From an uncultured Planctomycetota bacterium (GTDB lineage: Bacteria; Planctomycetota; PLA2; JAEUHO01): DNA of 64,000 nucleotides. Below are positions 27,974-36,703 of the stretch, piece by piece (positions within the stretch are counted from its first letter, which is position 1; each line of letters begins with the position of its first letter). Made by a program: the position numbers and the translations under genes. Under the pieces are notes generated by a model that saw only the letters and a program-made list of their open reading frames with translations, had not been told where the DNA came from and made no database searches. Location: positions 448,001-512,000 of the forward strand of contig CAVVXN010000001.1 in NCBI GenBank assembly GCA_963752285.1, read 5' to 3'.

Positions 27974-29197
27974 TCAGGCCTCCGCGCGGATCACGGTGCC
28001 GCGGGCCACGCGGTCGAGGATCTCCTCCAGCGGCCCGCCGTGGGGGACCGCGCGGATGCCGACCGCGCCGAGGAGGGTCACGGCGCGCGCAGGGAGGCTC
28101 GTCGCGACGAGCGCGCGCACGCCGACGAGCGCCGCCAGGAAGGCGGGAGCGTCGCCGACGCCGTCGTGCCGCCGGCGCGGGTCGAGCGGCAGCGGCCGCG
28201 CGCCCACGCAGCGGATCGTCTCCTCCGTGACGGCGTAGATGCGGAGCACGCTCGCGGCGTGGAGCGGCGTGTCCACCATCGTGCCGTCCGACGTGGCGAC
28301 CGCCACGAGGAGGGCGCGGCGCGGAGGCAGGATCGGCGGGGCCACCACACCCGTGGGGGCGTCGGGGACCTGGCGGAGCACGTCGAGCGCGTCGAGCACG
28401 TCGAGGTTCACGGGCTGCAGCCGCTCGGGACACATCCACTCGAGAGGGGAGGTCGCGGGGGCGTTTGCCGACGCCTCGTTCGCGACGCGCCGGACGAGCG
28501 CGCGGGCGCGCAGGAGCTCGTCGGCCGTCGGCCCGCTCGCGCGCGCGAGCGGCGCGGACCGCGAGGGCTGGTGCGGGCGCACGTCCACGCGGCGCGCGCC
28601 GGCCGCGAACGCGCGGCGCGCGATGGTCCCGATCTCGCGCGCGTTCACGGTCGGGATCAGCGTGATGCGCGCGGCGGCGGCGATGCCCACGCGCGCGGCG
28701 AGGCACAGCGCGCGCTCTCCCTCGTGGAGCATCAGGGCGGCCGCCTCGTCGCGGTCGATGTCGTCGCCGCGGAAGCGGGCGCCCGCCACCAGACGACGCG
28801 CGGTCGCGAAGGTCGCGGCGTCGCGCCGCACGACGAGGTAGCCCAGTCCGAACGCGAGGAACTCCTCCACGTACTCGGGGAGGAGCGGCCCGTCCACGAC
28901 GAGCCCCGTCACGACGTCGGGGTGGTGGTCCGCGAGGAGCGCGAGCGCGCGCAACACCGTCTCCGGGCTCGCGAGCGGGTCGCCCGGTCCCTCGATCTCG
29001 AGCGCGAGCGGGCCCTTCAGGACGCGGCGGGCGACGGCGACGTAGCGGAGGACGTCGGCGACGTCGGTCGCCGGCGCGGCGGGGTCGAACGGACGGTCTC
29101 GACGGAAGAGGCAGGGGTTCGGGGCGGCGGGGAGGACGAGGTGCCAGATGCCGAGCCGCGGCCCCGGATCGCGGAAGGGGGTGCCGTCCTGCTCGAT
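27974..29197 (-). CDS. Degenerate NifB-like protein (radical-SAM-like barrel without CxxxCxxC plus NifX-like domain); probable ATC start
   Basis: WHLVLPAAP, EGPGDPLA, GPLLPEYVEE, EAAALML, LIPTVN, PTADEL, VAVATSDG..V, GI....GPLEE, collinear with NifB. Confidence 0.7.
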   Translation of the reverse strand: MEQDGTPFRDPGPRLGIWHLVLPAAPNPCLFRRDRPFDPAAPATDVADVLRYVAVARRVLKGPLALEIEGPGDPLASPETVLRALALLADHHPDVVTGLVVDGPLLPEYVEEFLAFGLGYLVVRRDAATFATARRLVAGARFRGDDIDRDEAAALMLHEGERALCLAARVGIAAAARITLIPTVNAREIGTIARRAFAAGARRVDVRPHQPSRSAPLARASGPTADELLRARALVRRVANEASANAPATSPLEWMCPERLQPVNLDVLDALDVLRQVPDAPTGVVAPPILPPRRALLVAVATSDGTMVDTPLHAASVLRIYAVTEETIRCVGARPLPLDPRRRHDGVGDAPAFLAALVGVRALVATSLPARAVTLLGAVGIRAVPHGGPLEEILDRVARGTVIRAEA

Positions 29198-29314
29198 GGC
29201 CGTCTCCTGGGCGCTTGGGTGTACCGAAGGCCGCGGGGATCGGCAACCGGGCGGGGTGGGACGGGGATCGTGCGTGGGGTGGGCGGGGACGCGTCCCGCG
29301 AGTACAAGAGCGAC

Positions 29315-30127
29315 GTGGAAACGCCCGACCCCGCACCGACGCCGGCCCCCGGACACCCCGCTCCGCCTCCGGACCGCCGCCCGCGCTCGCGCCTCGCCGT
29401 GTGGGCGCTCGGGCTCTCCCTGGTCTTGATCGTGGCCACGATCCTCACCGGGTTCATGTGGGTGATGCTCGTCCCCGCCGTGCTCGTCTCGGGCTGGGCC
29501 ATCGCGACGATCCGGCCCGACGCGAAGCGAGGACAGGGCATGGCGATCGTTTCGCTGATCCTGTGCCTCCTCGCCGGCTCGTGCTCCTACTTCGGCGTGT
29601 CCACGCTCCACAACGTGCTCACGCACCTCGCGCGCGGCGTCCTGGGAGATCTCGAGCGCGAGCGGACCGAGGCTGCGCCTACGGAGGCGCCCGCGCCCGC
29701 CGGCGCCGACGAGGAGTCGAGCGACGCGAAGCCGACGCCCGTGGACCGCTGGTTCACGAAGGCGGCCGTGGAGAGCGGCGTCGCTGAGAACGTGCGAAAG
29801 CGCTACGCGGCGGTCCGGGAGAAGGTGGGGGCGTACGCCGGTGAGGTGTTGAAGGAGAGCCTCTGGCTCGGCGCCGGTCCGTACGTCGCGCCACCCACCG
29901 ACACCGAGGAGATCGGAGCGGGGATCGGCCCCAAGTGGGAGCTCGACTCGAGCCAGGTCACGTACTGGGTCCGCGTGCGGTGCGGCGACGAGGTGGTCCA
30001 CGTCGCGTTCCGGTTCGCCGAGGCGGACGAGGCCCTCTCCGGGTTCCAGCAGATCGCGTCCGGCGCGGGTCCTTCCTCGAAGCCCGCCCTGCTCCAGGAC
30101 GTGCGTTTCTTCCGCGCCGGGAAGTAG
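29315..30127 (+). CDS. DUF4190-like membrane protein with a periplasmic C-terminal domain
   Basis: Pro-rich N-terminus, SRLAVWALGLSL, AIATIR...RGQGMAIVSLIL. Confidence 0.65.
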   Translation: METPDPAPTPAPGHPAPPPDRRPRSRLAVWALGLSLVLIVATILTGFMWVMLVPAVLVSGWAIATIRPDAKRGQGMAIVSLILCLLAGSCSYFGVSTLHNVLTHLARGVLGDLERERTEAAPTEAPAPAGADEESSDAKPTPVDRWFTKAAVESGVAENVRKRYAAVREKVGAYAGEVLKESLWLGAGPYVAPPTDTEEIGAGIGPKWELDSSQVTYWVRVRCGDEVVHVAFRFAEADEALSGFQQIASGAGPSSKPALLQDVRFFRAGK

Positions 30128-30151
30128 GGGCGGGAGGGCCGCCGCCCGCGC

Positions 30152-30203
30152 GGGGCGCGCGGGGCGCGCGGGGCGCCCGGGGCGCCCGGGGCGCCGTCCG
30201 GGG
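30152..30203 (+). repeat. 9-bp-period GGGGCGC(G/C)C tandem repeat; six GGGG tracts with G-quadruplex potential
   Basis: GGGG at 30152, 30161, 30170, 30179, 30188 and 30200, in intergenic DNA. Confidence 0.75.
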
Positions 30204-30244
30204 CGGGCGCGCCGCGTACACTTGTCGCCCCTGGGAGCCCCCTC

Positions 30245-31969
30245 ATGACGCGACGCACGCCGCTTCTCGTCCTCCTCCTCCTCGTGGGGACGCCCCCCGT
30301 CTGGGCGCGGCTCGACGCGAAGGACTGGAAGGACGTGGAGGAGCGTGCGAACCACCTCTTCGGGTCGGCGGGCCACCGCGCGGAGAAGGCCGAGGTCCTC
30401 ACGAAGCTCCTCGAGGACGACGACCGGCGGTCGTGGAAGGTCCTCGCCGACGCGGTGGTGAAGGAGGCGGAGACCTGGGTCGTCTCGGAGCGGACGCGGC
30501 AGAAGCTCGAGAGCGACATCCAGGAGATCCAGTCGAAGACGATGGCCCAGCGCCATCCGGACGACCAGGCGCATCTGCTCTCCTGGCGGGCACAGCTCCA
30601 GGACCTCGACGTCCAGGTCCGCGACCAGCGCGGCGCCCTCGGCGACGTGACCGACGCCGTCGCGGAGGGTCCCGCCGCGCTCCGCCAGAACCTGCTCTCG
30701 CGCGCGAAGTCCAGCAAGGAGTGGGCGGTGCGCGCCGCCGCCGTGCGTGTCTCGGCGGCGCACCTCGACGAGAAGGAGTGCGCCGAGGTGTTCCTCCGCG
30801 GGATCGAGAAGGACCCGGACCCCCGCGTGCGCATGGCGGGCCTCGACGCGCTTCGCGTCCTCAGGGACCGGCTGGGCGGCGGCGAGACGATCCCGGCAGG
30901 CGACGGGACGCCGCCAGCCGGCGCCGGCGACCCGCCCGCAGGCGACGCCACGCCGCCGAAGCCGGCCGTCAAGGGCACGTCGCTCGACCAGGTGGAGGCC
31001 CTGATCCTCGGGCGGCTGGCCGATCCCGACTGGGGCGTCCAGCTCGTCGCGGTCCACGTCGTGACGGAGGCCAAGCTCACGCGCGCCGTGCCGCACCTGA
31101 TCAATGCGCTCTCGGTCGCGAACCCGCGGATGGCCGAGGCGATCGGCGACGCGCTCCGCACGCTCACCGGCCAGAACTTCGATCCCTTCGCGGACGTGTG
31201 GGCGCACTGGTGGGAGGAGCACAAGGGCGACTTCCAGTCCGCCGAGCACGTGAAGGGGGACCGGAGCCAGCGCGCGGCGTGGGACGCCCACTTCTACGGC
31301 CTCCCCGTCAAGTCCGATCGCGTCCTCTTCATCCTCGACACGTCCGACTCGATGAAACTCAAGACGACGAACGAGAACCCGGCCGCGAAGTGGAAGCAGC
31401 GCGGCCCGATCACCGGTGAGGGCGTCCCCCCGCCGCCGCCGCCGCCCGAGGAGATCCTGAGCGGCCCGAAGATCGAGGTGGCGAAGCACGAGATCAAGAA
31501 GGCCCTGAAGAAGCTGAAGAAGAACGCGAAGTTCGACATCATCGCCTTCAACAGCGCCGTCACGGCGTGGAAGGACCAGATGATGGACGCGTCGGACAAG
31601 AACGTCGCGGACGCCCTGACCTGGATGGACGAGATGAAGCCGGTCGGCAGCACGTACGTGGACGGCGCGCTCCGCCTGGGCTTCCGCATCGCGGGCCTCG
31701 GCGCGACGGACAAGGCGTACCCCGAGGTCAACGTGGACACGATCATCCTGCTCTCCGACGGAGCCCCCACCGAAGGCGACTCGGGGAAGGCGGACGGATC
31801 GGGCGTGGTCAAGAGCATGGACCCCGAGGTCGTTCTCCAGCACGTGCGCGAGTGGAACCAGTACAAGCGCGTCGTCATCAACTGCATCGGCGTGGACCCG
31901 GCGCCGGGCGTCACCGAGTTCCTCCAGAAGCTCGCGACGGAGAACGGCGGGATCTACATTGACCGATGA
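30245..31969 (+). CDS. Exported HEAT-repeat + VWA domain protein
   Basis: Signal peptide, HEAT-like repeats (WAVRAAA, DPRVRMA, DPDWGVQ), FYGLPV..DRVLFILDTSDSM, LLSDGAPT. Confidence 0.85.
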   Translation: MTRRTPLLVLLLLVGTPPVWARLDAKDWKDVEERANHLFGSAGHRAEKAEVLTKLLEDDDRRSWKVLADAVVKEAETWVVSERTRQKLESDIQEIQSKTMAQRHPDDQAHLLSWRAQLQDLDVQVRDQRGALGDVTDAVAEGPAALRQNLLSRAKSSKEWAVRAAAVRVSAAHLDEKECAEVFLRGIEKDPDPRVRMAGLDALRVLRDRLGGGETIPAGDGTPPAGAGDPPAGDATPPKPAVKGTSLDQVEALILGRLADPDWGVQLVAVHVVTEAKLTRAVPHLINALSVANPRMAEAIGDALRTLTGQNFDPFADVWAHWWEEHKGDFQSAEHVKGDRSQRAAWDAHFYGLPVKSDRVLFILDTSDSMKLKTTNENPAAKWKQRGPITGEGVPPPPPPPEEILSGPKIEVAKHEIKKALKKLKKNAKFDIIAFNSAVTAWKDQMMDASDKNVADALTWMDEMKPVGSTYVDGALRLGFRIAGLGATDKAYPEVNVDTIILLSDGAPTEGDSGKADGSGVVKSMDPEVVLQHVREWNQYKRVVINCIGVDPAPGVTEFLQKLATENGGIYIDR

Positions 31970-32723
31970 GCGTTCGACCGCGGACGGCGAGGCGGCCGAC
32001 GCGCAGGACGACGAGACGGGCGCACCGCCGTCCGCGCCATCCCGGGCGCCGCCGCGCGTCCCGGGGTCCTGGATCCGGGTCGCGCGCGTCGGGGGCGTCC
32101 CGCTCTTCGTCGATCCCCTGCTGCCGCTGCTCCTCGTGCTCCTCGCGTGGGTCGGCCTCCCCGGGCAGTCCCTGCTCCGCTCCCTCTTCGGGTTCGCGGT
32201 GCTCCTCGCCTTGGTCGCGGTCCACGAGGCCGCACACGCGGGGATGGCCCGGCGCCGCGGCCTTTGCGTCGGCGGCATCTACCTCCACCTCCTGCCCGCG
32301 GCCTACGTGGAGGCCGGCACCCCGAGCGACGAGTGGCGCGTCGCGCTGGCCGGCCCGGTCGTGAACCTCGTCCTCGGCGGGTTGCTGCTCGTGGCCCGCG
32401 CGGCGACCGGTCCGCTCCCGCGGACCGCCGTGGACTGGGCCGCGGACCCCCTCGCCCTGGCCGCGGGCGCGAGCCTCGCGATGGGGGTTCTGAACCTCGT
32501 GCCCGTGCTGCCCGCCGACGGGGGACGCGTGGTCCGCGCGCTCCTCGAGCAGCGGTACGGACGACGCGCCGGCCGCCGGGCCGTCGGCGTCCTCGGGATC
32601 CTGCTCGGCGGCGGCGGCGCCCTCGCCGCCTGGTTCGGGCTGGGGCGCCCGCTCGGCACCTGGGTCGCGGCGCTGGCGATCTACGCGGCCTGGGTCTCGG
32701 GGCGCGAGCTGGTCCGCTCCTGA
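31959..32723 (+). CDS. Site-2 protease, M50 family
   Basis: VHEAAH, ALAGPVVN, NLVPVLPADGG. Confidence 0.88.
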   Translation: MTDERSTADGEAADAQDDETGAPPSAPSRAPPRVPGSWIRVARVGGVPLFVDPLLPLLLVLLAWVGLPGQSLLRSLFGFAVLLALVAVHEAAHAGMARRRGLCVGGIYLHLLPAAYVEAGTPSDEWRVALAGPVVNLVLGGLLLVARAATGPLPRTAVDWAADPLALAAGASLAMGVLNLVPVLPADGGRVVRALLEQRYGRRAGRRAVGVLGILLGGGGALAAWFGLGRPLGTWVAALAIYAAWVSGRELVRS

Positions 32724-32754
32724 GCGGGGCGCGGGACGGGGCGGGACGGTTCGT

Positions 32755-34788
32755 TCAGCGGACCGCGACCACGGTCGCCGCCGCGCCGGTGTTCCCGTCG
32801 GCGTCTCGCGACTGAACGACGACGTCGTGCGGTCCCGCAGGCGGCAGATCGAGCTCGGCCTGGTACGTCTCGGTCGCCTCGTCGAGGAGGCCGTCCGTCG
32901 AGGCGAGCACCTGCCAGGGACCGCCGTCGATCGACACGCGGATCTCGGCCACCCGGCCGCCCTGCTGGTCCTCGACCTCGCCCTCCAGGAGGAGGTGACC
33001 CTTCGAGGGACGGGCACGGACCGTGACGCGCGGGGGCGTGTTGTCGATCCGGTGCGGGGTCGAGACGAGCGTCGTCTCACGCGCGGAGGACGGCGGGTTG
33101 TCGGGACGGTCCGACACCGTGAGGCGGACCACGTACATCCCGTCGGGGAGCCCCGACGTGTCCCACGCGTACGTCGGCTTGTCGAGCACCTCGTCCTTGA
33201 CGAGTCGCATCCAGTGGGGCGAGCCGACGCGGTTCGCCTCGAGCCGGACGAGCAGGCGGTCCTCGTCGGGGTCGTCCACCTTCCACGTGACCGTGCGGGC
33301 CGGCGTGGGGTCGGGAATCCCACTGTCGTTCGACTTCCCGGCGCGCTTCACCTCGAGCTCGTTGATCTTGGGCGCGCGGTTCGGCGACGCGACCACGACC
33401 CGCAGGCCGCGGAGCTCCGCGTCGCCTCCGTCCAGGGTCGCCCGAAGCTGGAGGAAGCGGCCCTCGAGGTCCGCGGCGCCGCTCGCGCCGTCGAAGCCCC
33501 GGATCGGCTTCCACGCGGACCACGCGTCACCCGGGTCGTCCGTCTCTCCCGCGCGGGCCTCGACCGACTTGATCCCCGATCCCACGACGCTCACCCGGCC
33601 CCAGTGCGCGACCGCGCCCGCGTCGAGGCGCTTCGTCGTGAACGTGCCCGAGGGCGCGCCGGCCTTGGCCCGGTGGAGGACGGCGGGGTTGCTGGTGACG
33701 ACCGCGAGGAACTTCGACTCCGCGCCGGAGAGGATCACGCTGACCTCCGCCTCGGGGAAGTCGGCGAGGATCGCCGGGGCGCGCCCGGTCGTCACGCGGA
33801 CGAGCCGGCCCTCGGGGTACGTGCCCACGACCGCGCCGTCGCCGTCGGCCGCCATCGAGAGCGCGGCCACCCGCTTCTCCTCCCACAGCGTCTCGACCGC
33901 GCCGCTCTTCTCGACGTGGAGCACCACGCCGCTCTGGAGCGACGGGCGCGGGGGCGCCTTCTTCTGCCCGTTCTGCGCGGGCGGAATGTTCATCATCTGG
34001 TTGAGGAGGTTCGAGAGCGTCTGCGGGTTCCCGCCGGCCTGGTCCTGGTTCGCCGCGATGAGGAGGCTCCCGTCCGGCTCCGTGACGAGCCCGACCACCT
34101 CCTGCGCATCGAGGTCGCGGACGACGCTCGACTCGTGACCCCGGACGGACAGGACGAGCCCCTTCGGCGAGGTGCCCACGAGGATCTCGTCGCCGCGCCG
34201 GGCGAGGCACCGCGCGTGGTCGTCGCCGACGTCGAGGATCTTCTCGACCGCGCCGAACGCGTCCACGTGCCACAGGGCGCCCGGCACCCCGCTCGCCGCC
34301 ACGAGTCCACCCCGCGCGTCGGGGAGCAGCGCCCACACGTACTCCGCGGGGATCGAGGCCAGGGGCTTCGCCGTGCCGCCCGCCTCCGCCGTGACCAGGC
34401 GCGCCCCCGGCGCGAGCGCGGCGGCGACCCTCCCTTCGGGGAGGGGGGCGAGCGCAGTCACCATGAGCGCGTCGCCGCCCGTCGCGACGCGTTCGACCTT
34501 GCCAGCCGCGTCCACGCGGAGGAGCTCGCCGCCGTTCCCGGTGCCGACCCAGGTGTCGTCGCCCACCTGGATCGCGGTCCAGGAGGTCGGCGTGTCCAGG
34601 TCCACGGCCTCGAATGCGGGCCCCGGCCGGAGCACGCCGTCGTCCGCGAGGGAGAGCGACGTCCACTCTCCGTCGGCGAACGTCTTCTGGCCCGAGACCT
34701 CCTCGACGTGCGGAGCCGCGGCGATCGCGGCGCGCCCGAGGAACGCCAGGGCCCCGAGGGCGAAGGCGCAGAGGATCCGACGACGCAT
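32755..34788 (-). CDS. Exported beta-propeller protein with C-terminal Ig/FN3-like domains
   Basis: Signal peptide, repeated propeller-like blades (WVGTGNGG, YVWAL, VGTSPKG, VGTYPEG), WDTSGLPDGMY, IDNTPP. Confidence 0.7.
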   Translation of the reverse strand: MRRRILCAFALGALAFLGRAAIAAAPHVEEVSGQKTFADGEWTSLSLADDGVLRPGPAFEAVDLDTPTSWTAIQVGDDTWVGTGNGGELLRVDAAGKVERVATGGDALMVTALAPLPEGRVAAALAPGARLVTAEAGGTAKPLASIPAEYVWALLPDARGGLVAASGVPGALWHVDAFGAVEKILDVGDDHARCLARRGDEILVGTSPKGLVLSVRGHESSVVRDLDAQEVVGLVTEPDGSLLIAANQDQAGGNPQTLSNLLNQMMNIPPAQNGQKKAPPRPSLQSGVVLHVEKSGAVETLWEEKRVAALSMAADGDGAVVGTYPEGRLVRVTTGRAPAILADFPEAEVSVILSGAESKFLAVVTSNPAVLHRAKAGAPSGTFTTKRLDAGAVAHWGRVSVVGSGIKSVEARAGETDDPGDAWSAWKPIRGFDGASGAADLEGRFLQLRATLDGGDAELRGLRVVVASPNRAPKINELEVKRAGKSNDSGIPDPTPARTVTWKVDDPDEDRLLVRLEANRVGSPHWMRLVKDEVLDKPTYAWDTSGLPDGMYVVRLTVSDRPDNPPSSARETTLVSTPHRIDNTPPRVTVRARPSKGHLLLEGEVEDQQGGRVAEIRVSIDGGPWQVLASTDGLLDEATETYQAELDLPPAGPHDVVVQSRDADGNTGAAATVVAVR

Positions 34789-34836
34789 GGGCTTTCCTCC
34801 CGGCATCTCCTGACGGCTCTGAGCCACGCGCGACCG

Positions 34837-36609
34837 TCAGCGTTCGACGTCGAAGACGACCGTGGCCTGGCCATCGACGATGTAGGGGACGTCCCGCCGC
34901 ACCTTCTCGGTGACGGGCTCGAGCTGGGCGCCCGTGCTGTCGTTCGAGCGCGCGAGGCGCGGCAGCGCGGAGAGCGGCACGTTCCGAACGAGGTGTCCGC
35001 CCATGTCGAGGTTCACGCGTCCGGTGGGCACGACGGCGATCAGCTCCGTGCTCTTGTAGAACGCCGCGTACAGCTTCGGGATGTCCTGGACGTCCACGGG
35101 GTTCGCGACCTCGGCGGGAACCATGTCGCCGCCCGTGACGAGGACGGGGAGGCCGCCGGCGGGCGCGTCGGTCGGGATTCGGAGCTTCACGCGCTCGTAG
35201 AAGATCCCGCCGTTCTCCCGGCGCCGGAGCCGTGCGAGCACCTCCACCTCGTCCCCGGGGTGCACCGATTCGCGCGAGGCGGACGCGGCCTCGATCGTGC
35301 ACCTCCGGTCCACGTTCTCGATCTCGACCGAGAGCTTCACCCACTCGAACTCGGCGCGCTCGGTCGGGTGGATCATGACCCGGTCTACGAGGCCCATGAG
35401 GATGCGGGAGAGCCCCGTGTCGAAGCCGGCGATGGTGTCCTCGTAGGACCACGGCTTCTCGACCCCGGCGAGCTTCACCTGGATCGTGTAGCGCTTGCTG
35501 TTGGCCCCGAGCGTGCCCTCCGACCTCGACATCATGTCGCGCAGGGCGATGAACATCATCCGTTGGAAGAAGCTGCGATTCGCGGTGATCTCGACGTGGA
35601 ACGACTCCTTCCGTCCCGTGACCGCGTTCGAGATGTCCACGTCGAACGGCACCATGGGCGCGGTCTTGCCGCGAACGCCGATGATGCCGGCGTCGCGGTC
35701 CTGGATCAGCGCGCCCACGTCGCGGATCGACGCGCCCAGCTTGAAGGAGATCTCCACGCTGGGGACCACCGTGTAGACGTACCCGACGCTCATCGGGAAG
35801 AGCGTCTCTCCCATCCCGATGAAGGGGTGGCCGAACGCGAGGATCTTGTCGCCCTCGATCCAGGTGCACGTGCCGACCGCCGCGACGTTCAGATCGCCGC
35901 GGATCAGGTCCACCACGAGCGCGGAGCCCGGGACGAGCGGCGCGTCCAGGTTCGCCCAGCCGCCGGGTGCGCCGGCGACGAGGCCCCCGCTGACCGTGTG
36001 GGGGTCGAAACCGTACGGCTCCATCGCCGCGGCGATCTCGGCGCGGCCCTTCGCCGTGAATCCGCCGATGGCCAGCGGCGTGGCGATGGGGACGAGCTCC
36101 TTCGCGTCGGCGCCGATCGGCACGGGCGGTCGCTGGCGCAGCGGGGTAGGGGGCTCCGCGCCCGAGGCGCGGCCCTCGAGGGGGCGGTCGGCCTCGGCCA
36201 GCATCGTCTCGATCGGGGTGATCCCCGCCAGCGGCTCCTTCGACCAGGCCCACGTGTAGGAGAGCGCCCCGACCACGCGCCCGTCGATGTACATCGGCGA
36301 TCCGGACATGCCCTGGGCGACGCCCAACCGGGCCAGGTCGTCGCCGAGGCACCGGACGAGGATCACGTCCTCCTTCGCGAGGTAGTGGTGGATGACGTCG
36401 ATCACCTCGACGGGGAAGCGCGTCGTCTTCGTCGCGGAGAGGACCGTGACCACCTCGCCCTTGAGGCCCGGCCGGATGTCCCGGAGCGGGAAGATCGAGT
36501 CGTGGCGGGACGGGGCGGCCTCCGGCGGGTCCTCGCCCGCGCCGGCCGGGCCGACGCCCGCGAGGACGAGGAGCGCAAGGACAGAGGCAGGCAGGCGGAA
36601 GGTCGGCAT
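34837..36609 (-). CDS. SpoIVB peptidase S55 domain protein
   Basis: DIRPGLKG, GVAQGMSGSPMYIDGRVVGALS, GTCTW..GDKILAFGHPF, SFKLG. Confidence 0.88.
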   Translation of the reverse strand: MPTFRLPASVLALLVLAGVGPAGAGEDPPEAAPSRHDSIFPLRDIRPGLKGEVVTVLSATKTTRFPVEVIDVIHHYLAKEDVILVRCLGDDLARLGVAQGMSGSPMYIDGRVVGALSYTWAWSKEPLAGITPIETMLAEADRPLEGRASGAEPPTPLRQRPPVPIGADAKELVPIATPLAIGGFTAKGRAEIAAAMEPYGFDPHTVSGGLVAGAPGGWANLDAPLVPGSALVVDLIRGDLNVAAVGTCTWIEGDKILAFGHPFIGMGETLFPMSVGYVYTVVPSVEISFKLGASIRDVGALIQDRDAGIIGVRGKTAPMVPFDVDISNAVTGRKESFHVEITANRSFFQRMMFIALRDMMSRSEGTLGANSKRYTIQVKLAGVEKPWSYEDTIAGFDTGLSRILMGLVDRVMIHPTERAEFEWVKLSVEIENVDRRCTIEAASASRESVHPGDEVEVLARLRRRENGGIFYERVKLRIPTDAPAGGLPVLVTGGDMVPAEVANPVDVQDIPKLYAAFYKSTELIAVVPTGRVNLDMGGHLVRNVPLSALPRLARSNDSTGAQLEPVTEKVRRDVPYIVDGQATVVFDVER

Positions 36610-36703
36610 GAGCCCATCCGGCAGGGAGGTGGCCGGATTCTAGCCCGGGGGTCCGCGAGGGCGACCCGGGCCGTGCCGGCGGAGACGCCCTGCCTTTCGA
36701 GCC

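Noticed and set aside
27974..29197. Evidence for nitrogen fixation (functional nifB)
   Set aside because: The radical-SAM cysteines are missing and no other nif gene is in the window
20107..30203. CRISPR array from the short repeats at 20107 and 30152
   Set aside because: Units of 9-15 bp are directly tandem, with no spacers and no cas genes
27974..32278. 1434-aa ORF as one giant protein
   Set aside because: Only the last ~407 codons look coding; the rest is antisense to the DUF4190-like, HEAT-VWA and M50 genes
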